In this document: in pieces, positions 1-13,036 of the stretch
Position numbering within the stretch: position 1 is the first letter of the stretch
Layout: the number at the start of each line of letters is the position of its first letter
Source: an uncultured Gammaproteobacteria bacterium
GTDB taxonomy: Bacteria; Pseudomonadota; Gammaproteobacteria; Arenicellales; JAANXG01
DNA length: 64,000 nt
Direction: 5' to 3'
NCBI GenBank assembly: GCA_947258785.1
Contig: CAMYJT010000005.1
Coordinates: 26,993 to 90,992, forward strand
Notes under the pieces: generated by a model
The model's database searches: none
What the model was told of the DNA's origin: nothing
What the model saw: the letters and a program-made list of their open reading frames with translations, nothing else
Made by a program: the position numbers and the translations under genes

Positions 1-911
1 TGTACACGGTGAACTTTTCCGACGAGTATTGGAACCGTGTCTTTGCACGATTTCTGGACGAGTACCGGGCCGGGCGCACGCCCAATCCGGATGTTCTGTG
101 CAACAGGGATATCAAGTTCAAGTCGTTCCTTGCCAGGGCCCAATCATTAGGTGCGGATTATATCGCCACGGGCCACTACGCCGGCATCGAGTCCCACCGT
201 GACGAATGGTCCCTGGTGCGCGGTTCCGACCGCAACAAAGACCAAAGCTATTTTCTCTATATGCTGAATCAGCACGCCCTGAGTAAATCGCTGTTCCCTC
301 TCGCTGAACTGCACAAACCCGATGTTCGGCAGCTTGCCGCAAAGCTCGGCCTGAGGGTCCACAACAAGAAAGACAGCACCGGTATATGCTTCATCGGCGA
401 GCGGCGCTTCAAAAATTTTTTGAGTCGTTACCTGCCGCCCCGGCCCGGCAACATCGTCAATCTCGACAATTGCGTCATTGGCCACCACGACGGACTGATG
501 TACTACACCATCGGGCAGCGGCAGGGTCTCGGTATCGGTGGACCCGGCGGGCCCTGGTACGTGGCCGACAAGGATCCCACCACTAACCGATTGATCGTCG
601 TGCAGGGTCGCGACCACCCGTCACTGCTGAGCACCAGGCTCACCGCAAGCTCCCTCCACTGGGTGCGCGGAAGTGCTCCCGGCACACCGTATCGCTGTTC
701 AGCCAAGACTCGTTATTCCAGTTCCGACGAGCCCTGCGTGATCGAGCGGATCGCCGCCGGGACCGCGACGGTGCGCTTTACCGCCCCACAGCGGGCCGTC
801 ACCCCCGGCCAGTCCGTGGTCTTCTACCGCGGCCGGCGGTGCCTGGGCGGGGGCACAATCACCGCCGCCGGTGCGCCGGCCCGGGGCACGGCGGCCGGCA
901 ACGCGGCTTGA
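1..911 (+). CDS. mnmA: tRNA 2-thiouridine(34) synthase MnmA, 5' end outside window
   Basis: The ORF is open from the window edge in the frame of the 9..911 track ORF. The sequence NFSDEYWNRVFARFLDEYRAGRTPNPDVLCNRDIKFKSFL...ATGHYA matches the MnmA/TrmU central and C-terminal regions. Confidence 0.9.
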   Translation, partial: YTVNFSDEYWNRVFARFLDEYRAGRTPNPDVLCNRDIKFKSFLARAQSLGADYIATGHYAGIESHRDEWSLVRGSDRNKDQSYFLYMLNQHALSKSLFPLAELHKPDVRQLAAKLGLRVHNKKDSTGICFIGERRFKNFLSRYLPPRPGNIVNLDNCVIGHHDGLMYYTIGQRQGLGIGGPGGPWYVADKDPTTNRLIVVQGRDHPSLLSTRLTASSLHWVRGSAPGTPYRCSAKTRYSSSDEPCVIERIAAGTATVRFTAPQRAVTPGQSVVFYRGRRCLGGGTITAAGAPARGTAAGNAA

Positions 912-918
912 GTCCGGC

Positions 919-3139
<2,221 letters not shown>

Positions 3140-3145
3140 TCCCGC

Positions 3146-3643
3146 ATGACGAGTCAGGCGATTCACACCGAGACTCGTGACGCGCTCGATGAGACCCTGG
3201 CCGCCTTACTGGAACGGGCACGGCAGCGGGTATTGATGTTCGGCGCTCGACTGGAATTGCCGGTATTCAATTCAGCCGCCACCCACGATCTGTTGGCAAG
3301 TCTGGTCGCCCGCCGCCGGCAGAATCAAGTACATTTTATCATCGGCGATGAGAGATACTTCTTGTCGCAGAATCGGCGGCTGCTGGATCTGTGCCGGCGT
3401 TTCAGCAGTTTTATCGAAGGCAGAATACTTCCAGATGAATTCAACACCGGGGATGATCTGTTCGTCGTCATCGACGATTGCGGATACCTGCATCAACCCC
3501 GGGCCGAGCACCCAGCAGCCGTCGCCCATTTCGATAACCGCGCAAGGACCGCGCCGTTGATCCGGCGCTTTTACGACGTCTGGGAATTCAGCATTCCGAT
3601 CACAGAAGTGTCGGTACTTGGCCTGGGCGGGCCACCGGCTTGA
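3146..3643 (+). CDS. hypothetical protein
   Basis: The 165-aa ORF is tightly packed between purB and rluF on the same strand. No motif was recognised. Confidence 0.5.
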   Translation: MTSQAIHTETRDALDETLAALLERARQRVLMFGARLELPVFNSAATHDLLASLVARRRQNQVHFIIGDERYFLSQNRRLLDLCRRFSSFIEGRILPDEFNTGDDLFVVIDDCGYLHQPRAEHPAAVAHFDNRARTAPLIRRFYDVWEFSIPITEVSVLGLGGPPA

Positions 3644-3690
3644 CGCCGGGGGTGTCCAGACAGATGCAAGCACCACGGCTACCCGGAACC

Positions 3691-4413
3691 ATGCGCCTGT
3701 CCCGCCTCATGTCGATGCGCGGTTTGTGTTCGCGTCGCGAAGCGGATCGCCTCATCCAACTCGGCCAGGTCCAAGTCGACGGTATAGCGGTAACGGAACT
3801 CGGCACCCGGGTCAGTCCGGACTGCCGAATTTCCGTGTCTCCGTCGGCCCAAAGCGATCAGCGCCAGCGGGTGACCATCCTGTTGAACAAGCCGGTTGGC
3901 TACGTCTCGGCTCAACCGGAACGCGGCTACCTGCCGGCCACATCCTTGATCTCGAGACACAACCAATATCGCGGTGATCGATCCGCACTGCGCTACCGGC
4001 CCAGACACCGGCACAACCTCGCTCCGGCCGGGCGGCTGGATATCGACTCGCAGGGCCTGCTGGTGCTCACCCAGGACGGGCGCATTGCACGCCGGTTGAT
4101 CGGTCCGGGCGCAGCGGTGGAGAAAGAGTATCTGGTGCGTGTTCAGGGAGAGCTAACCGAGACCACTCTGCAGGGCCTGCGCGGCACCTTGAGCTTGGAT
4201 GGCCACCAACTGAAACCCGTGCGCGTCGAACAAGTCAATACCGAGCAGTTGCAATTTGTACTCATCGAAGGGCGCAAGCGGCAAATTAGACGCATGTGTG
4301 CAATGGTCGGACTGGCAGTCACCGGGCTGAAACGCGTGCGCATCGGTGCAGTGACCTTGGGTGCACTACCCGAGGGACAGTGGCGGTATTTGGGCAGGCG
4401 CGAGCGCTTCTAA
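3691..4413 (+). CDS. rluF: 23S rRNA pseudouridine synthase, RsuA/RluF family
   Basis: The S4-like N-terminus is [22 protein letters not shown]. Further motifs are [34 protein letters not shown] and RQIRRMC. I prefer the ATG at 3691 over the track start at 3640. Confidence 0.8.
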   Translation: MRLSRLMSMRGLCSRREADRLIQLGQVQVDGIAVTELGTRVSPDCRISVSPSAQSDQRQRVTILLNKPVGYVSAQPERGYLPATSLISRHNQYRGDRSALRYRPRHRHNLAPAGRLDIDSQGLLVLTQDGRIARRLIGPGAAVEKEYLVRVQGELTETTLQGLRGTLSLDGHQLKPVRVEQVNTEQLQFVLIEGRKRQIRRMCAMVGLAVTGLKRVRIGAVTLGALPEGQWRYLGRRERF

Positions 4414-4513
4414 GCTTAGTTGCTGCCGCGTGCGTCATTGAATGTGATATCTTTCCAACCACCGAGCACGCATTAGTGGGAGCATCGCTATCAGAGCATT
4501 TCCCGTTCTTTAC

Positions 4514-5596
4514 ATGTTGATCCGCCCGCTGCTGTTCGCTCTCGACCCGGAATTCAGCCACAATCTTGCCATCTCCGCTCTAACCCGCCTCTCGAAAAGC
4601 GGTTCTTTTCTGAGACTTCTGCACCGCTCTGCTGCAACACCGGAAGCTTGCCTCGCTGCGTCGGTCATGGGGCTGCGGTTCGCCAATCCCTTGGGACTGG
4701 CCGCCGGATTTGACAAGCACGCGACGGCATTCCCGGCGCTGGGAGCGATGGGATTCGGCTATGTTGAAGTGGGCACGGTGACGCCCGAACCGCAACCGGG
4801 AAATCCAGCCAAGCGCATGTTCCGTCTGCAGCGTGATCTCGCACTGATAAACCGTATGGGTTTCAACAGTGTTGGACTGAATCGCGTAGTCGCGAATCTA
4901 CGCGCCGTTTCGTGTCCAACGCCGTTGGGTGTCAACTTAGGCAAGAACGCAGCTACTCCAATCGAGCAAGCGACACAAGACTATCTGAAGGGCCTCGTGG
5001 CGGTTTATCCCCATACCGATTACGTTGCCATTAACGTATCCTCTCCCAATACCGAATCGCTTCGTGAACTGCAGAAAGACCGCCGCCTTGACCGTCTGCT
5101 GTCTGCGTTGACTGAACGCCGAACCGAACTGAGCGATCGGCATAAGCGATTTGTTCCAATTGCGCTGAAAATTGCCCCGGACCTCAGCGACTATGAGCTG
5201 GCGCACATCGCCGATCGTGCGGTGAGGCATCGGCTCGACGCCATCATCGCCACCAACACAACGGTTCAGAGATCGGAGACCCTACGCTCACGATCCGCTT
5301 CCGAGGGGGGCGGCTTGAGCGGCAGGCCTCTCAAGCCACTGGCCACTCTTACCATCGGCAAACTCTATCGGGAACTGAAAGGCGAGCTACCGATCATCGG
5401 TGTCGGCGGCATTGAAACGGCGGAGGATGCCTGGGAAAAACTTGTCGCCGGCGCAGACTTGTTGCAACTATACACCAGCTTTGTATTTCGGGGGCCGGAA
5501 GTGGTCAATGGTATTCTGTCCGGTCTTGCAACACGGGTGAAGAGTATGCACAGTACGGACATCGCATCGGCGGTTCGACAACTGAGGTCACACTAG
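4514..5596 (+). CDS. pyrD: dihydroorotate dehydrogenase (quinone), class 2
   Basis: The 360-aa ORF has the motifs GLAAGFDK, GFNSVGL, NVSSPNT and IGVGGI. Confidence 0.93.
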   Translation: MLIRPLLFALDPEFSHNLAISALTRLSKSGSFLRLLHRSAATPEACLAASVMGLRFANPLGLAAGFDKHATAFPALGAMGFGYVEVGTVTPEPQPGNPAKRMFRLQRDLALINRMGFNSVGLNRVVANLRAVSCPTPLGVNLGKNAATPIEQATQDYLKGLVAVYPHTDYVAINVSSPNTESLRELQKDRRLDRLLSALTERRTELSDRHKRFVPIALKIAPDLSDYELAHIADRAVRHRLDAIIATNTTVQRSETLRSRSASEGGGLSGRPLKPLATLTIGKLYRELKGELPIIGVGGIETAEDAWEKLVAGADLLQLYTSFVFRGPEVVNGILSGLATRVKSMHSTDIASAVRQLRSH

Positions 5597-5611
5597 TACC
5601 ACCGGCAAGTA

Positions 5612-6385
5612 ATGAAGGCGTTCGCAAACCTGAGTAAGGTCGAACAGCATGCGTTCCCTGGTGCGCAGTTCACCTATCCCGAACCACCCCAAATTCGTTG
5701 CACCGATGTAATCTGGATGACTGCGCGCGACAGCGACGGCGATTGGATATCAGGTCTGTTCGCGCCCGGCGACCCAGACAACGACGTCTGTGTCATCCAC
5801 TTCTATGGAAACAACGAAACCCTCCGAGGTTCCGAGTACGTCATCGATGCGCTACGTTCGCGAGGCGTATCCGTGCTGATGTTTGATTATCGCGGTTTCG
5901 GTGCAAGTGGTGGAAAACCACGGGAATCGTCGTTCTATTCTGATGCGGAATTAGCCTATGAGTGGTTACGGGAACGGTATCCCAAGCTGCGTTCGGTGGT
6001 GTCCGGTTGGGCAGTGGGCAGTGCCGTGGCAACCTATCTCGCACAAAAAAAGCAAGACATTTGCGGATTGATATTGTACTCCGCGCCCACCAGCATGGTT
6101 GAAGTCGTCCGTCATGTGTTTCCGCCCGATCAGATCATTATCGAAGAAGCGATGCCGTTCCAATTTGACACCCTCGAACGAATTCGCAAAGTGCAGTGCC
6201 CGATTCTCCTGGTACACGGCAAAAACGATACCGTTGTGCCGCACGGTATGAGCACTCAGCTCGAGGCGGCGGTCAAGAGCAGCCTCAGCCGATATGATGT
6301 ACCCGGCGCCGGGCATCGGGACCTGTTCACCAAAGGCGGTGAGAGGCTTTGGGACCGTGTGATCGAATTTATAGACAGGTTATAG
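5612..6385 (+). CDS. alpha/beta hydrolase
   Basis: The 257-aa ORF has a nucleophile-elbow-like GWAVGS, YRGFGASGG, and a distal D...GAGH. Confidence 0.7.
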   Translation: MKAFANLSKVEQHAFPGAQFTYPEPPQIRCTDVIWMTARDSDGDWISGLFAPGDPDNDVCVIHFYGNNETLRGSEYVIDALRSRGVSVLMFDYRGFGASGGKPRESSFYSDAELAYEWLRERYPKLRSVVSGWAVGSAVATYLAQKKQDICGLILYSAPTSMVEVVRHVFPPDQIIIEEAMPFQFDTLERIRKVQCPILLVHGKNDTVVPHGMSTQLEAAVKSSLSRYDVPGAGHRDLFTKGGERLWDRVIEFIDRL

Positions 6386-6405
6386 GGTTTCCGAAGTGCT
6401 GTCCG

Positions 6406-7011
6406 TTACGCTGGCGGCGGCGTTTTACACCACCATATTGACCGGTTGTTCGCCGGCATGGGGCGGTCATTCTCCAGCTGCAGGCCGTTTTGCAAGGCCA
6501 GTTCGTTTACGGCATCGAAGTCTCGAATTCCACTGTGTCCGTCGCGCTGCTTCAGCCATCGATCGAAATTCTCGTTGCTTGTCTCCAGGGGGCGATGCGA
6601 ATACCTATAAGGGCCATAGACAAAAAGAACACCGCCGGCCGGTAATAATTTCGCTGATCCGGCGAATAGATTAGTTACCAACGCCCAAGACACAATGTGT
6701 ACACAGTTTATACAGACCACGGCATCGGCATTCACAACCGGCCAGTCCGTGCACCTCAAATCCAGACCGATCGGTTCGAGCAGATTGCTCAATCCGCTCT
6801 TCTGCCGATACGCGTTGATACTCGCCAACTGATCCGGCAAATCCGAAGGCTGCCAGCGCACATGTGGTAGATGTCGACTGAAATAGCTCGCATGCTGTCC
6901 GGTACCGCTTCCAATCTCCAACACATTGTGCCGGCCCTGCAGGATCCCACGCAAGACACTGAGAATGGGAACTTTATTTCGTTCGCACGCTGGAGCAAAA
7001 TCTTGCATCAT
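6406..7011 (-). CDS. DUF938-type class I SAM-dependent methyltransferase
   Basis: The 201-aa ORF has the N-terminus FAPACERNKVPIL and the SAM motif VLEIGSGTGQH. Confidence 0.7.
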   Translation of the reverse strand: MMQDFAPACERNKVPILSVLRGILQGRHNVLEIGSGTGQHASYFSRHLPHVRWQPSDLPDQLASINAYRQKSGLSNLLEPIGLDLRCTDWPVVNADAVVCINCVHIVSWALVTNLFAGSAKLLPAGGVLFVYGPYRYSHRPLETSNENFDRWLKQRDGHSGIRDFDAVNELALQNGLQLENDRPMPANNRSIWWCKTPPPA

Positions 7012-7034
7012 GACATTACATGAGACATTCAGAT

Positions 7035-7379
7035 ATGCCTTATTTGAAACTACAAACCAATCAAACGCTTACCGGTGAGGAAAAAATCGGCCTGTGTAAA
7101 ATCACTTCCGAATGCATTGCGGAGAGTTTAAACAAATCTGAAAAGTACGTCATGGTGACCATCCAGTCCGATCAGATCATGACATTCGCCGGTACCAATG
7201 AAGCGTGTGCGTACATTGAACTTAAGTCCATAGAGTTGCCCCGCGACCGCGTGTCGGAACTGTCCACCAAACTGTGCAATATGATCCAGCGTAATGTGGG
7301 CGCCGCGCCGGAACGCATCTACATTGAGTTCACGGATTCCTCGAGGGACATGTGGGGGTGGGATGGCAAGACATTCTGA
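7035..7379 (+). CDS. MIF/tautomerase-superfamily protein
   Basis: I chose the ATG at 7035 so that the protein begins MPYLKLQTN, which gives the catalytic Pro1 typical of tautomerases. The length is ~114 aa. The track ORF starts 5 codons earlier. Confidence 0.65.
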   Translation: MPYLKLQTNQTLTGEEKIGLCKITSECIAESLNKSEKYVMVTIQSDQIMTFAGTNEACAYIELKSIELPRDRVSELSTKLCNMIQRNVGAAPERIYIEFTDSSRDMWGWDGKTF

Positions 7380-7409
7380 TGGAAGACAGTGCCTGTCGAA
7401 GCCGGCTAA

Positions 7410-7653
7410 ACCGCAATTTGCACCAGGACGGCAGGAAGAAGAGTTAACATCTTGTTTGGCACAAGATATGCAATCAATGCCTAGCGTAACACTTTGTGCC
7501 CAGGCAGGCGCCTATCCCGGCGCTGGCTCAGTCCCGAACGCCTGGACTTGCGCTTCACTCAATCCATAGCTACGGCTATGCATTCGTTCCAGAACGGCGG
7601 CCTCACCGCCCGATCCCTTTGCCATCATCCGGATCCTCGGTGCAATAGGCGGG
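7410..7653 (+). mobile_element. MITE-like element, copy A (244 bp)
   Basis: The imperfect terminal inverted repeats are accgcaatttgcaccagg (left) and cctcggtgcaataggcggg (right). The flanks are CTAA (7406-7409) and TTAA (7654-7657). The ~150-bp core aligns with copies at 13037-13279 and 47568-47839. Confidence 0.75.
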
Positions 7654-7833
7654 TTAAAAGCCTTGGTTTGTCGCGCCGCCGGTACCCATTAGCCAGCAGT
7701 AAGTGACCGGCGGATTCGGCGGGTACCGACATCGGCCGGGAAACCCTCACCGGGCAGACACCGGTGATTGCGCCGGTGCGCAACACGTTATACTCATCAG
7801 AATCGGTCTTGAATCCCTGGGAAAAAGCGATTT

Positions 7834-8877
7834 ATGGAATACGACTATCTCGGCGCCAGCGACATAAAGGTGAGCAAGATCTGCCTGGGCAGCATGACCT
7901 GGGGGGAACAAAACTCAGAGACGGAGTCTCATCAACAGTTGGATCTGGCGCTGGATCGCGGCGTAAACTTCATCGATACCGCTGAAATGTACTCTGTGCC
8001 GTCGCGCGAACCGACCTGCGGCGCCAGCGAGACTATAATCGGCAACTGGCTGGCCAAACACGGTGCCCGCGACCGGGTCGTTATTGCCACCAAAGTAGTA
8101 GGCCCGGCGGCGAGTTGGATGCCCTACATCCGTCAGGCTAACACCCACTTGGACAGAGCCAATATCCACAGCGCGCTCGACGGCAGCCTGAAACGCCTGC
8201 AGACCGAGTACATCGACTTGTATCAGGTGCATTGGCCGGAGCGCGACACCAACTACTTCGGCAAGTTGGGATACGAGCCTACGGGCCGCGAGCCCGAAGT
8301 TTCGCTGGAAGAAACACTGCAAGCTCTTGACGACTGTGTTCGGTCCGGAAAGGTCCGCGCCATCGGTGTTTCCAATGAAACGCCTTGGGGTGTGATGCGC
8401 TATTTGCATCTGTCCGAATCCCTGGGAATTTCCAGAATCGTCAGCGTCCAGAACCCATACAGCCTGCTCAACCGAACCTTTGATGTCGGTTTGGCCGAAA
8501 TCGCGCTTCAGGAAAAGGTGGGCTTACTGGCCTATTCACCCTTGGGATTTGGTGTGCTGACCGGAAAGTACCTGGACGGAGCGCGGCCCGCAGGGGCGCG
8601 ATTGACCTTATTCGACCAGTTCAAACGCTACCAGAGTCAGCAGGCCCGCACCGCGACGGCGGAATATGCACAAATCGCGTCACGCCACGGACTGAGTCTG
8701 CCGCAGATGGCTCTGTCCTACGTGAACAGCCGATGTTTCCTTACCAGCACCATTATCGGCGCAACAAATCTGGAACAGTTGGCGGAAGACATCGACAGCA
8801 TCGAACTGCGGCTGGCTGAAGAAGTGTTAGCGGATATTGAACGCGTCCACAATGCTAATCCGAACCCCGCGCCTTAA
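7834..8877 (+). CDS. tas: NADP(H)-dependent aldo/keto reductase, Tas-like
   Basis: The 347-aa ORF begins MEYDYLGASDIKVSKICLGSMTWGEQNSE...GVNFIDTAEMY and has YQVHWP. Confidence 0.85.
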   Translation: MEYDYLGASDIKVSKICLGSMTWGEQNSETESHQQLDLALDRGVNFIDTAEMYSVPSREPTCGASETIIGNWLAKHGARDRVVIATKVVGPAASWMPYIRQANTHLDRANIHSALDGSLKRLQTEYIDLYQVHWPERDTNYFGKLGYEPTGREPEVSLEETLQALDDCVRSGKVRAIGVSNETPWGVMRYLHLSESLGISRIVSVQNPYSLLNRTFDVGLAEIALQEKVGLLAYSPLGFGVLTGKYLDGARPAGARLTLFDQFKRYQSQQARTATAEYAQIASRHGLSLPQMALSYVNSRCFLTSTIIGATNLEQLAEDIDSIELRLAEEVLADIERVHNANPNPAP

Positions 8878-8920
8878 CCACCCCGACGCTGTCTTTTTGA
8901 ACCCGGGTCAGTACAGAGTC

Positions 8921-9769
8921 CTAATATTCGTATTTCAAATTCAATCCCCACGCATGACGCAGGTAGGAGACTGGGGTATCTTCGAAATCCTCATTAGCGT
9001 ATGTGAAATGGAGGCTGCCGGTCAGCCGCTTGCTGAAGGAACGATTTATTCCGGCACGAAAGCTCAATCGATCGCTTTGCAGGTCCTGCAATCCATTGTA
9101 CTCCGGGTAGCTAAGGCGGCTGTACCTCGCCGCTACGCTTGCGTCGACTCCCTCTCCTAATGGAAAACGGCCGCGCACATTGACGCGATGCCCCTCCACG
9201 TAGTCGTAGATCTCTTCGCTACTTCCCTGTTCAAATTCGTAGCCCAACTGTACCTCGGCTTCTCGCTCGGTGATGTACCACGTCTGCGCTAAACCGGTGC
9301 GGGAAAGCTCGGAGTTGGTGCCCAGACTCAATCGCCAATCGTCTCCGAGCATGCTGTCCCGGCTGACACCGTAGTAGATTCGCGTAGTCGACGCTGCGGT
9401 CAGTGAAATCTGCGGTCCGATAACAAACGACTGGGAATGCGTATTCGGGGACAGACCCCACTGCTGGTAGCGATAATCGACGATCGCTGATAACGGCCGC
9501 GATCCCAACCACAACGGATGCCTTACCGACCCGCCCAATTCGCGACCGACGGCCGGTGCCGTCTGACGCCGCCATGGCGGTACGGTCTGGGTATCCGTCG
9601 GAGAGTAGAGATCAGCGGCCCAGTGCTGCGACAAGACGGGCCGGGTAGTCTGGGCGTCCAGATCGGCGCGGAACTCTGCCACAACAATCGGTTCCTGGTC
9701 CGCCGATAACGCGCCACTCACCACGCATAATGATGCGACAATCCAGACATGTCGGTTACATCGGCGCAT
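8921..9769 (-). CDS. putative outer-membrane beta-barrel protein
   Basis: The signal peptide is MRRCNRHVWIVASLCVVSGALSA. The sequence has an alternating amphipathic pattern and ends in the C-terminal aromatic residues NLKYEY. Confidence 0.55.
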   Translation of the reverse strand: MRRCNRHVWIVASLCVVSGALSADQEPIVVAEFRADLDAQTTRPVLSQHWAADLYSPTDTQTVPPWRRQTAPAVGRELGGSVRHPLWLGSRPLSAIVDYRYQQWGLSPNTHSQSFVIGPQISLTAASTTRIYYGVSRDSMLGDDWRLSLGTNSELSRTGLAQTWYITEREAEVQLGYEFEQGSSEEIYDYVEGHRVNVRGRFPLGEGVDASVAARYSRLSYPEYNGLQDLQSDRLSFRAGINRSFSKRLTGSLHFTYANEDFEDTPVSYLRHAWGLNLKYEY

Positions 9770-10014
9770 GGTTTATACCTCAACAGCAAGTTCCCACGCG
9801 TTTTCACGTCTGCCGGCAGTTGACCCAGCACCTCTTCTACTGACTTCGAGGCCTGAACAGGGGCCGTGACCTGTGGCGGCGGACGCCACCCACGTAGCGG
9901 TTAATGTCAAGTTTAGCGCTTAATTGACCGGCTGAGAAGACCGTTGACAGGCCAGAATCCGGAACATTAACACCTCGACAACACCGGGGTAACCGCGAAA
10001 CAACCGCACAGATA

Positions 10015-10335
10015 TCAGTTCGCCTTACCTTTTACGGTGTAGGCACCGCCGCTGAATTCGTCGAACAGTATCGACACGAAAGGATGATTAATGGGCTCAT
10101 TCTGAACCGAGTCCGGCTCCAGGTTGCGCTCGGCGACATAGGTCTGGTGGGTCGCATCGTGAACCAGTACATGATACCAGGGCTGGTCCTTTGGTGGCCG
10201 CGAACGGGCCACAGTGTCGTACCACTGCTCGGTACCTTGAAATTGGGGATCGACGTCGATAATCACACCGCGGTAATCGAACAGGCGGTGGTGCACGATC
10301 TCACCGATCGCGAACTTGGCACGATGCGTGCTCAT
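10015..10335 (-). CDS. hspQ: heat shock protein HspQ (YccV hemimethylated-DNA-binding domain)
   Basis: The 106-aa ORF contains AKFAIGEIVHHRLFDYRGVIIDVDP...PWYHVL. Confidence 0.85.
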   Translation of the reverse strand: MSTHRAKFAIGEIVHHRLFDYRGVIIDVDPQFQGTEQWYDTVARSRPPKDQPWYHVLVHDATHQTYVAERNLEPDSVQNEPINHPFVSILFDEFSGGAYTVKGKAN

Positions 10336-10340
10336 GACCG

Positions 10341-11273
10341 CTAACCGCCCGGCACCAATCCGTACACGGCAACACGATAATGGTCGATGAGCATCAGCGC
10401 GAACAACATCGCCAGATATTGAATGGAATATCCAAACATCCGTTTGGCCAACGCATCAGTGTAATGTTGACACAGCCTCACCGCATACCATACGAATCTC
10501 GCGCTCAAGCCAACCGCGCCGATCAGATAGAGCCATCCGGACATTTGAGTGGCAAATGGCATTACCGCCACTCCGGTGAGTAATAAGGTGTAAAACAGAA
10601 TGTGCAGACGGGTAAACCGTACACCATGAGTAACCGGCAGCATTGGTATACCCGCTTTCGCGTATTCGTTCCTCCGGTACAGCGCGAGGGCCCAGAAATG
10701 GGGAGGCGTCCAACAAAAAATAATGAGGAACAGCAACAACGCATCCGAGGAGACTTCTCCAGTCACCGCCGCCCACCCCAATACCGGCGGTGACGCCCCC
10801 GCCGCACCGCCGATAACGATGTTCTGTGGCGTCCAGTGTTTTAAATAAACCGTATAGACAACGGCATAGCCGATCAAAGAGAGAAAGGTCAGGATCGCGG
10901 TCAAAGTATTGACCCACATGACAAGAATAATCATCGAACAGACGGTCAGTAGCACGGCGAATGCAATAGCCTGCGCCGTCGTCAGCTCACCGCTGGGAAG
11001 AGGCCTGCCTTTGGTGCGCGTCATCACGACGTCCGCGCGTTGATCCAGCACGTGGTTTATCGCAGCTCCCGCCGCCGCCGAAAGACCTATTCCCAACACC
11101 GCGGCGAGCAGCACATCCAGCGGCACCATACCGGGGATAGATAAAAACATGCCGACGATGGCTGTGAACATGATTAATGACACCACCCGGGGCTTGGTCA
11201 ACTCGTAGTACAGCATGAGCTGGGCGACAAGAGGTAATGTCGATTGGGTTGAGCTTATTGTCGTTTTCATCAC
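10341..11273 (-). CDS. cyoE: protoheme IX farnesyltransferase (heme O synthase)
   Basis: The 310-aa polytopic UbiA-family ORF contains [10 protein letters not shown] and [23 protein letters not shown]. Confidence 0.92.
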   Translation of the reverse strand: MMKTTISSTQSTLPLVAQLMLYYELTKPRVVSLIMFTAIVGMFLSIPGMVPLDVLLAAVLGIGLSAAAGAAINHVLDQRADVVMTRTKGRPLPSGELTTAQAIAFAVLLTVCSMIILVMWVNTLTAILTFLSLIGYAVVYTVYLKHWTPQNIVIGGAAGASPPVLGWAAVTGEVSSDALLLFLIIFCWTPPHFWALALYRRNEYAKAGIPMLPVTHGVRFTRLHILFYTLLLTGVAVMPFATQMSGWLYLIGAVGLSARFVWYAVRLCQHYTDALAKRMFGYSIQYLAMLFALMLIDHYRVAVYGLVPGG

Positions 11274-11274
11274 A

Positions 11275-11883
11275 CTAACCTATCTGCGAGACTTTCAGCA
11301 GCCGTCTGAGATCCTTGCGCATGGCAGTGGGATCCGCATCCGGCGGATAACTCATCATTAAATTTCCCAAAGGATCGACAACGTATATGCGTTGGACGTC
11401 ATCAAGCGGTGTCTGGTTCCCAACCTCGAACTGTTCCACCAATTGTTCGAATGCCGCATCAACCCCAAACAGGGTGACGACACCCGGGTATCGTTTAATC
11501 AATTCCTGTAAACGCTGTCCACCGGCGCTGGCCCGCAGCAGATACACACTCTGTACGCGGTGCGTATTCTTGTTTTGTGCCAACCGCACTCGCTGTATCT
11601 TGTACAGGCTTTCCTCACAGACACGATCGCAGAGCTTGTTTCCGACATAGATCAAAGTCCATTTCCCGCGCAGAGCGCTGAACGCAAATGACGTTCCGTC
11701 CATTCGTTGCAAGCCGACGTCCTGAATCACTCGGGCAGGTTGCAGCAGATCGCCATAGTTGATTTGACCGGAAGGCTTCCACAAAAGCGCAGCCGCCACC
11801 GGTAAAACAAATACCAGTCCGATCATCAACAGCTGCCAGCGGCCGGGTCGACCGGTGGATTGCATTAGCTCAGAACGGCTCAT
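11275..11883 (-). CDS. SCO-like thioredoxin-fold cytochrome oxidase assembly protein
   Basis: It has an N-terminal TM helix and [21 protein letters not shown] (a CxxxC motif as in Sco1/SenC). I chose the start MSRSEL at 11883, which abuts the surf1 stop. The track ORF extends to 11970 inside surf1. Confidence 0.6.
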   Translation of the reverse strand: MSRSELMQSTGRPGRWQLLMIGLVFVLPVAAALLWKPSGQINYGDLLQPARVIQDVGLQRMDGTSFAFSALRGKWTLIYVGNKLCDRVCEESLYKIQRVRLAQNKNTHRVQSVYLLRASAGGQRLQELIKRYPGVVTLFGVDAAFEQLVEQFEVGNQTPLDDVQRIYVVDPLGNLMMSYPPDADPTAMRKDLRRLLKVSQIG

Positions 11884-12623
11884 AAGCGGATTTTTTGAGC
11901 GGGTTGTTTCATCGGCTGAATATTGACCAAAACGTAAATAATCACCAGTGCGGCAGACAGTGCAAACCATTGAAACGCGTAACCGCGGTGCCGCTCCACC
12001 CAGCTGTCACGATAATCGGGCCATTCGCGGACAAATCCACCTGCCTCGACCGCATTGCCGTCCAGTTCCAAGATCAGCGGCTCTACCGGAAATGCCACCA
12101 CCCGCTGATAACGGGCCAGATTCAAGTTCTGCCAGACGTCTTGGGGCGGGGGTCCGGATTCGTCCTCCAGCGTAAAATAGTCGGTCGCAGGGCGCCGCAA
12201 TCGACCCGAAACCACCATCTCATATGATGGCGTATCAAACGACGGCAGGACATGCCGTTCCGCACTCCATGGGATCCAACCCCGGTTGACCAGGATACGG
12301 CGGTCGGTGCCCTCGAGGTGCAGCGGGGTTAACACATGAAAACCAGGCTGACCATGATGAACACGATTGTCGAGCAGTATTTGATGAAGAGGTTCGAACC
12401 TGCCGCGGCCTGTAGCTCGACGTAAATCATCCAACTTCGGGTCCAACCGTTGACCCCCCAACTCCAATGGGCTCATCTGACCGCGTTGCAGATAATCCCG
12501 CTGCAGCGCCTGCTTCTGCCCCGCGCGGTCCAACTGCCAGAATCCCAAACCGACCAACAGCGGCAAAAGCACCAGCACCACCAGGGTCGGGACGAGAGTT
12601 AGCTTGAATCGATAACTGGCCAT
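11880..12623 (-). CDS. SURF1-family cytochrome oxidase assembly protein
   Basis: The 247-aa ORF has TM helices at both the N- and C-termini. It contains GFWQLDR and NRGWIP and sits in the cox cluster. Confidence 0.85.
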   Translation of the reverse strand: MASYRFKLTLVPTLVVLVLLPLLVGLGFWQLDRAGQKQALQRDYLQRGQMSPLELGGQRLDPKLDDLRRATGRGRFEPLHQILLDNRVHHGQPGFHVLTPLHLEGTDRRILVNRGWIPWSAERHVLPSFDTPSYEMVVSGRLRRPATDYFTLEDESGPPPQDVWQNLNLARYQRVVAFPVEPLILELDGNAVEAGGFVREWPDYRDSWVERHRGYAFQWFALSAALVIIYVLVNIQPMKQPAQKIRL

Positions 12624-12699
12624 GTGTGTTTGCGGTCAAGCACGGTCGAGGCGGTGAATTCTGCTACAATGCTGCGTCTTCGCCCGCTGTTTAAAGTTC

Positions 12700-12939
12700 A
12701 TGTGGATCAAAGTCATCGTCCTGGCGTTACTGGCACTCATGCTGTACAGCCTTTTTTCGGGTTTGTTTTTCCTGGTCAAAGATCGTGGACAAGGCAGCCG
12801 CACACTGCGAGCGCTCACTGCGCGCATTTCTATCTGGGTCGTCCTGTTTGTCCTGCTGTGCGCAGGCATATACACCGGGGTAATCACCCCCTCGAACTCC
12901 CTGCGCCCGACGACCGTCCAGTCGCCCGTGCCCCGATAA
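12700..12939 (+). CDS. twin-transmembrane-helix small protein (DUF2909/HIG1-like)
   Basis: The 79-aa ORF has two hydrophobic helices. It occupies the position between coxC and surf1 that is conserved in proteobacterial cox clusters. Confidence 0.7.
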   Translation: MWIKVIVLALLALMLYSLFSGLFFLVKDRGQGSRTLRALTARISIWVVLFVLLCAGIYTGVITPSNSLRPTTVQSPVPR

Positions 12940-13036
12940 AGCCCTGGCGGCCAACCGGCCGCAAAGGCATCCGCGTTAAGAGTGGCCACCGCCTTATCAC
13001 ACAGCTCGCAGGAAAGGCCGCGAAGCGGATGCCTAG